Made by a program: the position numbers and the translations under genes. From an uncultured Methanosarcinales archaeon (GTDB lineage Archaea > Nanobdellota > Nanobdellia > Woesearchaeales > CAIVOO01), in the NCBI GenBank assembly GCA_964485195.1, contig CAZAIK010000008.1, positions 1 through 55,160 of the forward strand: DNA of 55,160 nt. Direction: 5' to 3'. Positions 48,028 to 55,160 of the stretch are shown here, piece after piece. Under the pieces are notes generated by a model. That model saw only the letters and a list, made by a program, of their open reading frames with translations, was not told the DNA's origin and made no database searches. The first letter of the stretch is position 1; each line of letters starts with the position of its first letter.

Positions 48028-49260
48028 TTAAATATCATTCATCAGGAAGAAATAACTGTCCAGGGTATGATAATCATCTGGAAATGAGGTCAATTTCCTT
48101 ATCCTGCTTTCTTTTGGCTCCTTCCAGCCAACCCTGTCAAAAAAGGCCTTGACGTACAATGCCTTGCTGTCAAAGTCGGGTGTTAAAGATTCCCTGTAAG
48201 AAAATATCGCGTCTTTAAGCATTTTTTCAAATATTCCTCCCTGCACTCTTCTGAATTCCCTGAGCGGTCTCCTGTTGGAAGAATCCAGCAAAACTTCTCT
48301 GAACTCGGGAGAATCATATCCTGTTGCAAAATACAAATCCCGCAATTCGTCCACGTCAATCAAGCACAGGTCAGTCCCGTCAAATATCTTGTCTTCAGGG
48401 TCAGCAAAACCCGCTTTCCTGCACCCCAGCAAACAGAGCGTTGCAAGCATTTGCGCATCCTGCTCTATTATTGTTTCCCTGTGCGAGTCAAAGTATTCGG
48501 AAGGGTTGCTTCCTTCAACTTTCTTCAGGAACAGGAATTCCTCGAAAGGTGTTTCATAATAGCCAATTATCTTGGGTGTTTTGATGCCTCTCTCAGAAAG
48601 CTTGATGTGCCTCTGCATTTCCTCTTCTGATGTTGTTTTCTGTATCCCGCTTATTGAAGTAAGCCTGTACCCCGGCTTGCTGTAAGAATAATAAAGCGAT
48701 ATTCGCAAATCAGCGCCCTTTGCAAACACCTGCATTTCCTTCCCTTCATTATTGATTCCGAAGGTCATTACAGGTCTTTTCGTATTTTCAAGCATTATGC
48801 TTTTAGGTTCAAAATTCTCAGGCAGGAATGTTTCGCAGGGAACGTCGCTGAATTCCTGATTAATCTTGAGGATTCCGTAATCAGACAGCCTGTAATGGGT
48901 CCATTGCGTGTGGGGAATGTTATCTATCTTTCCACACTTAAAATCCGGCCTTGTTGTTTCCTCTGAAATCCACAATCCTGCAAGCTTTCTTTCCTTTCCC
49001 CTGTAAAGAAAAACATTTGGTCCTATCTGCCTGAATTCAGGGTCTTCTTTAGGAGGCTGATGAATGCCAATTCCTGCGCTTAAGCTTTCCCTGTTCAGCA
49101 GGTTGTTTATTATGTTTAGCTCATCAACCCATTTTTCAGGCTCTTCCCCAATCAATTCAGGAAGGTCTTTTATTTTATTTCCTTCAACAAACTGGATATT
49201 TTCTTCTATGAACTGGATAAGGTCTTTTCTTGCTCTTACTGGATATGTTTCAAAATCCAT
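48028..49260 (-). CDS. Protein kinase-like fold protein (Kdo/WaaP/RIO-like, divergent)
   Basis: VFAK, GIKTPKIIG, FLKKVEG, CLIDVDE. Confidence 0.55.
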   Translation of the reverse strand: MDFETYPVRARKDLIQFIEENIQFVEGNKIKDLPELIGEEPEKWVDELNIINNLLNRESLSAGIGIHQPPKEDPEFRQIGPNVFLYRGKERKLAGLWISEETTRPDFKCGKIDNIPHTQWTHYRLSDYGILKINQEFSDVPCETFLPENFEPKSIMLENTKRPVMTFGINNEGKEMQVFAKGADLRISLYYSYSKPGYRLTSISGIQKTTSEEEMQRHIKLSERGIKTPKIIGYYETPFEEFLFLKKVEGSNPSEYFDSHRETIIEQDAQMLATLCLLGCRKAGFADPEDKIFDGTDLCLIDVDELRDLYFATGYDSPEFREVLLDSSNRRPLREFRRVQGGIFEKMLKDAIFSYRESLTPDFDSKALYVKAFFDRVGWKEPKESRIRKLTSFPDDYHTLDSYFFLMNDI

Positions 49261-49351
49261 GATGAGAGTTTTCCCCGGCCTTATTTAAATATTGTTATTA
49301 TCTGGTGGTAACGCAGGAAAAGTTTATAAATTATTTGAAAACAATCAAGCT

Positions 49352-49618
49352 ATGCCGGAAAAATACTTCAAGTGCGACCCAGAGGAATATGAATGCAGGG
49401 GCAAGGAGGGTCTGGCGAGGCTTGAGGAGATTATCAATAAAGGGGAAAGGTTCCTGAACATAGGCCTTCTGAAAGACGCCATTGAGCCAATGCTTACATT
49501 CATATCCTCAGGCGCAATTGCTGAACAGGTCAGGGATGCTTTCAAGGCAGGCGAGAATGATTACAACAAGACATCAAGAAGGTACAAGGAGATAAGAGAA
49601 AGATTCAGTAGCTTTTAG
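49352..49618 (+). CDS. Hypothetical protein
   Basis: ATG ORF with tttataaa about 25 bp upstream. Confidence 0.6.
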   Translation: MPEKYFKCDPEEYECRGKEGLARLEEIINKGERFLNIGLLKDAIEPMLTFISSGAIAEQVRDAFKAGENDYNKTSRRYKEIRERFSSF

Positions 49619-51071
49619 CAATGTAAACAACTTCCTTTGCTTCCTTTCCGCAGACTGCGCACTTGCCCTCTGGCTTCTCTTCCTTGCCGAAACGTGTTCC
49701 TCTCACAGTGCCTCCTATGACCTTCTCAATCTTTTCAGCGCATTCTTCCCCGTCCTTGCCTGTTGAGCAGAAGCCGCACTTCACTATCTTGTTCTGGCCA
49801 AGGGCTTTTTTAATTTCATCGACTGTTTTTGCATCAGCAATGCTCTTCTCAAAATCCGACTCTGTCTTTTTCAGCAGATTATTTGTGAATTCTTTTTCTA
49901 TCTTCTGCACTTCCTTTAACAGGTCATTTTGTTTTATTTGCGTTTTCCTGCCCAAGTCCCTCCTGAAAATAGTGGCTGTGTTTTTCTCTAAATCCTTTGG
50001 CCCGATTTCTATCCTTATTGGAACGCCTTTCAGCTCCCACTCGTTGAACTTGTGCCCTGCAGAATAGTCATCCCTGTCATCAAGCTTTACAGAGTATCCC
50101 TTCAGCTTGCTCTCAATTTCCTTTCCCTTCTTCAAAACTTCCTTTTTTGATTCTTCAAAGATTATGGGGACTATCACGATGTGAAGAGGGGCGACATCCC
50201 ACGGGAGGACAAGCCCCTTGTTGTCGCTGTGCAGCGCAATCATTGCCCCGTAAATCCTGCTGTGGGCCGGGCCGTAGCAGGTGATGTGGGCGTGTTTCTC
50301 CTCGCCGTCCTCGTCGGTGAATGTAACATTGAAGGGCTTTGAGAACTTTTGCCCAAGCAAGTGAGTGGAAGGCAGTTGCAGGACCTTTCCGCTTCCCATC
50401 AATGCATCAGCTGCAAATGTCTTGTCCGCGCCTGGAAACTTGTCCCATTCAGGCCTCTGGAAAAAGATGTGCGGGATCGCGAATTTCCCGTGCAGAACCT
50501 CATGGGTTGTTTCCATGTCCTCCCTGACCTGCGCCTTTGCATCCTCTTCAGCTGCAAAAACATTGTGGGCCTCTATCCAGTAAATCTCCCTGGTCCTGAA
50601 AAAGGGCCTGGTCATCTTTGTCTCGTGCCTGTAAACAGTGCAGGACTGGTATCTTTTCATCGGCAGGTCCTTGTAGCTCCTTACCCACAATGAATACATT
50701 GAATAAAATGCAGTTTCTGAAGTGGGCCTCAATGCCATCTTTTCATCAAGCTTTTCGCCCTTCCCGTGCTCTGTAATCCAGAAAACCTCAGGGGTAAAGC
50801 CCTCAATATGCTCTGACTCTGTCTTCAGGAGAGCTTCTGGAATGACCACAGGGAATGTCAGCGGGAGATGCCCTTTTTTCTCAAGAGTTTCCTCCATAAT
50901 CCGGTTCATCTTTTTGAGTGAGATGGTGGACCATTCCCTGTAAACCGGAAAGCCCTTGAGCTTGTACCTCACATCTGCCAGCTCTGCCTTCTGAAGAAGC
51001 TGGGTGAACCACTCTGAGAAATCCTCCTCTTTTTTGGCTGTTATTCCCAAGTCACTCTCTTTTTCTGCCAT
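49605..51071 (-). CDS. proS: Proline-tRNA ligase, archaeal/eukaryotic type
   Basis: FSEWF, LRPTSET, YRHETK..PFFRTRE, WELKGVPIRIEIGP, C-terminal AKSY. Confidence 0.96.
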   Translation of the reverse strand: MAEKESDLGITAKKEEDFSEWFTQLLQKAELADVRYKLKGFPVYREWSTISLKKMNRIMEETLEKKGHLPLTFPVVIPEALLKTESEHIEGFTPEVFWITEHGKGEKLDEKMALRPTSETAFYSMYSLWVRSYKDLPMKRYQSCTVYRHETKMTRPFFRTREIYWIEAHNVFAAEEDAKAQVREDMETTHEVLHGKFAIPHIFFQRPEWDKFPGADKTFAADALMGSGKVLQLPSTHLLGQKFSKPFNVTFTDEDGEEKHAHITCYGPAHSRIYGAMIALHSDNKGLVLPWDVAPLHIVIVPIIFEESKKEVLKKGKEIESKLKGYSVKLDDRDDYSAGHKFNEWELKGVPIRIEIGPKDLEKNTATIFRRDLGRKTQIKQNDLLKEVQKIEKEFTNNLLKKTESDFEKSIADAKTVDEIKKALGQNKIVKCGFCSTGKDGEECAEKIEKVIGGTVRGTRFGKEEKPEGKCAVCGKEAKEVVYIAKSY

Positions 51072-51239
51072 CAGAACAGTTATTAAAAAGGGGTATTTAA
51101 AGGTTTTTAAAGAAGATAAGAATTTTGAGTTCAGAATTCGGGCATATCTAATATTAACTTCAGAGTGGTAAAAGAAACGAAAGATTTATAAAGGAAATGT
51201 ATTTACATTAATTAACAAAATATATGGGAGAAAATAAAA

Positions 51240-51866
51240 ATGCCAGAATATGAATGTATACATACATGGGGTCCAGGTGCAGGTTGCGATAATAAACCAA
51301 TAGGCTTACTTTGTTATGCTCCAAGAGGCGAAGCAATTCCAAGAGTAGACTTATCTTGTGAAAGATTCGCGAATTATCATGGTCATCATGGCGGAATTGC
51401 GGTTTTACTTGCGTGGGAATTAAAAGGAACAAATTATGAGCAAGTAAAAGCTGAATTGAAAGAGAATAGAGATTTGTTTAAAGAACAAATAGGCCGAAAA
51501 TTTGATGGAAATACACTTCCAAATTTTGTTTCTCAAAGGGAAACTATCGAAGAAGGTGTTATGAAAGCTTACGATGCACTTGTTCGAATAGCTGATTCAA
51601 AATCAAAATTAAGTAGTATGGAACAGGTACAGGAAAGAAAACTTGAGGGATTAGACCCTTAGAAGAGAGATTATTTAGAGATAATTATGCCTCTCTTCAG
51701 CGTGTGGACCCAAATCATCCGGCTATTCAAGCAGTGAGTGTTGGAGAAAAGGGTATTTTGCTTCAGCAAGCTTTTTTTTGATAAATATGGGGATGATCCA
51801 AAAGAATTCAAAGCGAATGTATGTGAATATTTTGTTGCTTTGAAAATTGCTAATGGTTCTTGGTAA
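51240..51866 (+). pseudogene. Hypothetical cassette gene, probably interrupted (ORF stops at 51662)
   Basis: Coding-like sequence continues to an in-frame TAA at 51864-51866 that abuts the cassette arm. Confidence 0.5.
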
Positions 51867-51886
51867 TCTTTGCCACCTGGATTGTG

Positions 51887-51907
51887 AACAACATCGCGCT
51901 GTTATGT
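51887..51907. repeat. Cassette junction hairpin 1
   Basis: aacaaca-tcgcgc-tgttatgt. Confidence 0.75.
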
Positions 51908-51992
51908 GAGGTTGACCGATAGGTTTTTAAAGTAGCCATTATTACTATAATTATACTTCTTCTGGATTGAAATTGGGTTTAAGAGGCTTAAA

Positions 51993-52646
51993 ATGCAAAA
52001 TATTAAAGCAATAATTTTTGATTTTGATGGTGTAATAAATAATGGAGTTGAAGTCCATTATGATTTTTATAGAGAACTCTGTAAATCGCATAATATAAAA
52101 CCGCCATTTTCAGATAAAAAAGAATTTAGAGATTGGTTTGACCCAAGGGATTATAAACCAAACTATCGAAATTTAGGAATTTCTTTGAAAGATCCGAAAA
52201 ATATTCAATACAAGGATTATATTAAACAAGTTGGTATTCCGCTTATAGGAGGAATAAAAGAAGTAATAGAAAAATTAAGCAAAAAATACATCCTTGCAAT
52301 TGTCTCCACAAACCATAAAGAGATTATAGAACACCAACTTGAAGATTATGGAATATTGAAATTCTTTAAACCAATAATAGGAAATGGCGACATTTTCAAA
52401 ATTAAACCTCACCCTGAAGCATTGCTGAAATGTTTGGAAGAACTGAAATTAAGCAATAAAGAAGTGATTTACATAGGCGACATGGTTAGCGATACAGAAA
52501 CATCAAGAAATGCAAACATCAAAATCATTTCAGTAACTTGGGGGTGGTCTTCAAAAGAAGAATTGAAGAAAGCTAAACCAGATTGGATAGTAGACAATCC
52601 AAAAGAATTACATAAAGTCATTGAAAGGAGCTCGGAGGCAAATTGA
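51993..52646 (+). CDS. HAD-family hydrolase (phosphoglycolate phosphatase-like)
   Basis: IFDFDGVI, IVST, KPHP, YIGDMVSD. Confidence 0.92.
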   Translation: MQNIKAIIFDFDGVINNGVEVHYDFYRELCKSHNIKPPFSDKKEFRDWFDPRDYKPNYRNLGISLKDPKNIQYKDYIKQVGIPLIGGIKEVIEKLSKKYILAIVSTNHKEIIEHQLEDYGILKFFKPIIGNGDIFKIKPHPEALLKCLEELKLSNKEVIYIGDMVSDTETSRNANIKIISVTWGWSSKEELKKAKPDWIVDNPKELHKVIERSSEAN

Positions 52647-52668
52647 ATATAACATGGCGCTGTTGTAT
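52647..52668. repeat. Cassette junction hairpin 2
   Basis: atataaca-tggcgc-tgttgtat. Confidence 0.8.
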
Positions 52669-52769
52669 GTTTTTTCCGCAGGAAAAAATCGCGGAGTGAA
52701 ACGGAGCGACAGTATGACGCAGGGCTTGCGTTAAGTTTATCAATGCGCAAAAATACCAATATGATAACT

Positions 52770-53291
52770 ATGAAAAAAAAGATAATATTTTTTGATGGTG
52801 ATGGAACGCTTTGGCATCCAAAGAAAACAAAATATGCAAAGCATCCAGTTTGGCTATACAAAGACAAACGATTCAAAAATCATACAAATCATCTTACTAT
52901 GACGCCATCAGCGCTAGCAACTATCAAGAAATTGGAAAAAGAGGGCATAATCACTGTGGTTCTTTCGACCCATCCTCATCCCCCAAAAGAAGCAGATGCA
53001 ATCATCAAACACAAAATAAAGCACTTTAAGTTAGAAGAACTGTTTGATGAAATTCACGCAACAAGAGAATATCACGGGTCGAAAGGAGAATTTGTGTTGA
53101 AGGTTCTCAAGAGAAGAAAAATACCCAAATCAAAAGCGCTGATGGTTGGAGACAGCTACAAGTGGTACTACCAATCAGCAAAAGGTGTAGGGGTGGATGC
53201 TTTGCTCATTGAATCAGAATATGAACCGATGAAACATAAGGTAAGGAAAACCATCAAAAAATTAAGTGATATTCTTGCGCACATCTCTTAG
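52770..53291 (+). CDS. HAD-family hydrolase
   Basis: FFDGDGTLW, VLST, SKG, MVGDS. Confidence 0.88.
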   Translation: MKKKIIFFDGDGTLWHPKKTKYAKHPVWLYKDKRFKNHTNHLTMTPSALATIKKLEKEGIITVVLSTHPHPPKEADAIIKHKIKHFKLEELFDEIHATREYHGSKGEFVLKVLKRRKIPKSKALMVGDSYKWYYQSAKGVGVDALLIESEYEPMKHKVRKTIKKLSDILAHIS

Positions 53292-53310
53292 CAAGCCCGA
53301 GTAATATTGC

Positions 53311-53344
53311 ACATAACATCGGAAGTTCCTGTTATGTCTCCCGA
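53311..53344. repeat. Cassette junction hairpin 3
   Basis: acataaca-tcggaagttcc-tgttatgt; 53314-53344 is identical to 54195-54225. Confidence 0.9.
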
Positions 53345-53516
53345 ACGAAACGAAGTGGGGTTCTGGCGACCTGCGTCCGCAAAGTTGAGAAAAAGACCAA
53401 TCAATACAGTTCGGAGAGCATTAAAGGAAAATAAGCTAAGGCGGGCCTAAAAATCGAAAGATTTATATAGAAGTTAATACATATTAGTTATTAATTAATA
53501 AAAATTATTGATTAAA

Positions 53517-53795
53517 ATGTCAGAAACAATACAAGAACAAAAGTTAGAACATTCTCCTACTTTGAATACCGTGCTAATGGTAGAAGAAACCCTTAAAAAT
53601 ATGGATGAGAGTGTCATAACTATTGCTGAACTTAAAAGAAGGCTTCCAAAGCAAGTTAACCATAATACATTGAGAGTAATACTTGAATATTTAGAAGAAA
53701 GCAATAAAATAGCAGTAAGTATGAAGGGTATTACTTGGATACATAATCCTAATTCGAATTTAAGAAAAGCTATTGCAAATGGGCTTGAATTATGA
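53517..53795 (+). CDS. Winged-helix protein, putative antitoxin
   Basis: PTLNTVLMVE, ELKRRLPKQV, ILEYLEESNKI; 4-bp overlap with the next gene. Confidence 0.7.
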   Translation: MSETIQEQKLEHSPTLNTVLMVEETLKNMDESVITIAELKRRLPKQVNHNTLRVILEYLEESNKIAVSMKGITWIHNPNSNLRKAIANGLEL

Positions 53796-54145
53796 AAACT
53801 GTAAGGGCAATCTTATCTCCAGAAGCAGAAGAGATATACAAATATTTGAATGAACAAGCGCCTACTTCAAAGAATGAGCGTATGATATTAAATTCAGTGA
53901 ATAAGAAAGTTGAATTGATCAAAGCAAATCCTCATTATGGCAAACCAATAGCAAAGAAATTAATACCTGATGAATACAAGAAGAAGTATGGTGCGACAAA
54001 TTTATTTTGGGTTGAACTTCCCAGTTTTTGGAGAATGTTATATACACTTACAGATGGAAATACCGAGATAGAGATAATTGCTTTTGTTCTTGATGTGATT
54101 GATCACGACACTTATAATAAAAAGTTTGGTTACAAGAAGAAATAA
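53792..54145 (+). CDS. RelE-like toxin
   Basis: IKANPHYG, LFWVELPSFWRMLYTL, DHDTYNKKFGY. Confidence 0.65.
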   Translation: MKTVRAILSPEAEEIYKYLNEQAPTSKNERMILNSVNKKVELIKANPHYGKPIAKKLIPDEYKKKYGATNLFWVELPSFWRMLYTLTDGNTEIEIIAFVLDVIDHDTYNKKFGYKKK

Positions 54146-54190
54146 TTTTTAGTCCCGCCTCTTCTATTTTTTAGGTCTTTTTCTCAATTA

Positions 54191-54225
54191 AAACTAACAT
54201 CGGAAGTTCCTGTTATGTCTCCCGA
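54191..54225. repeat. Cassette junction hairpin 4
   Basis: aaactaaca-tcggaagttcc-tgttatgt. Confidence 0.9.
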
Positions 54226-54386
54226 GCCGATAGGCGAGAGCGCAGCGTGGTCGACCGAAGGGAGAGTTTTTGAGAATGCCGTCTATCAAAAGAGCGATGC
54301 GATATCCTCAAAAAGTGAAACTTTTTGGGACACCAGAAATCTTTGATTTCTTAGTGCATCAAGAACAAGGATAGAAGGGCTGGCTT

Positions 54387-55013
54387 TTATTCAATTATTT
54401 TATTTTGTATTAAGAACTTTTTAATAATCTCATACATGATTTTATATCCTTCAGCATTAGGATGGACACCATCAACTAATAATTTAGGATAATTTTCTTG
54501 CTTTGTAAATTCTGAGTAGATATCACAAAACAGTAAACTATTTTCTTCAGCAATTTTTTGTAGTATGTCATTGAATTGCTCAATAGTTTTATTACTAAAA
54601 TAAGTGTTTTCAAAAGGCATTAAAGATTCATCAACAGGAGGCAATCCAATAAGAATAACCTCTTTAGTTTGATTCTTAGCAATATCAACCATTTCACAAA
54701 CGTTATTTTCATAATCTTTTGGGTTTATTTGTATATTATCTGGGCTTCCTAAGCCACGAGAATCATTGGTTCCAATAGCAATAAGAATTACAAATTTATT
54801 ATCCGGAAAATAATATTTAATTCTTGATTCCGCTTCTATTTCGAATCTCTTCAATAAATCTGTTGATGAGTCTCCAGGTATTCCTAAATTATACAGAACA
54901 TTGTAAAAATCTTTTGATTCAAAGTATTCTTTCAATCTATTTGCCCATCCTGTGCTTGGCACAACACCTCTGCCAAATGTGATGCTATCTCCAAATGCCA
55001 GTATTCCATACAT
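54387..55013 (-). CDS. SGNH/GDSL hydrolase
   Basis: FGDSIT, NLGIPG, IGTND, DGVHPN. Confidence 0.93.
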   Translation of the reverse strand: MYGILAFGDSITFGRGVVPSTGWANRLKEYFESKDFYNVLYNLGIPGDSSTDLLKRFEIEAESRIKYYFPDNKFVILIAIGTNDSRGLGSPDNIQINPKDYENNVCEMVDIAKNQTKEVILIGLPPVDESLMPFENTYFSNKTIEQFNDILQKIAEENSLLFCDIYSEFTKQENYPKLLVDGVHPNAEGYKIMYEIIKKFLIQNKIIE

Positions 55014-55096
55014 GATATAAAAGAGAAAGAAATATGTATTTAAAAGTTCTTCTAAAAGTCCAGCCCTCTTCTACTATCTAGGCATTTTCAAAAGTT

Positions 55097-55125
55097 GAAA
55101 CTAACATCTGCAGCCTGTTAGTTTC
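55097..55125. repeat. Cassette junction hairpin 5
   Basis: gaaactaaca-tctgcagcc-tgttagtttc, perfect 10-bp inverted repeat. Confidence 0.88.
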
Positions 55126-55160
55126 CCTCGATAGAGGTTGGATTTTAGTGCAACGTTCCC

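Larger units (their letters stand above)
51129..55160. mobile_element. Tandem gene-cassette array with hairpin junction sites and cassette-specific inverted arms (runs off the window end)
   Basis: Five AACA...TGTT junction hairpins, inverted arms around each gene, visibly AT-richer genes. Confidence 0.75.

Noticed and set aside
53314..54225. 31-bp direct repeat as a CRISPR repeat
   Set aside because: Only two exact copies, about 880 bp apart with genes between them; no spacer periodicity and no cas genes.
51887..55125. Junction hairpins as dif/pdif (Xer) sites or simple terminators
   Set aside because: The spacers vary (6-11 bp between AACA and TGTT) and do not fit the 11-6-11 Xer layout. 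The stems are AT-rich without a consistent T-tract, and one lies upstream of the inverted gene.

Overview
This window is archaeal chromosomal DNA, most likely from a DPANN lineage (Woesearchaeota/Pacearchaeota-like; this is an inference). The evidence is RpoL, L35Ae, L37e, S8e, an Sm protein, membrane-bound LonB, Kae1, PAC2, an archaeal-type ProRS and TTTAWA TATA boxes before most genes. No tRNA, rRNA, CRISPR array, transposase or integrase was recognised. The most striking structure is at 51.1-55.2 kb: a tandem array of AT-rich gene cassettes (a probable pseudogene, two HAD hydrolases, a wHTH/RelE-like pair and an SGNH hydrolase). The cassettes are separated by very short AACA-N6-11-TGTT hairpins that resemble minimal attC cores, and each is wrapped in its own inverted arms that end at or overlap the stop codon. 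Other highlights: (1) a two-copy ncRNA-like element with promoter-like and terminator-like flanks (8.6 kb and 21.4 kb); (2) two toxin-antitoxin modules inserted with duplicated ends of host genes (rps8e, endonuclease III); (3) a bacterial-type DnaG coupled to a PD-(D/E)XK plus DEDD nuclease; (4) paired inverted motifs on both sides of a Fic gene; (5) a hairpin leader upstream of a NYN RNase; (6) an UppS/GT-C/UbiA/PAP2 polyprenyl-phospho-pentose cluster. All calls come from reading motifs by eye; no database searches were run.
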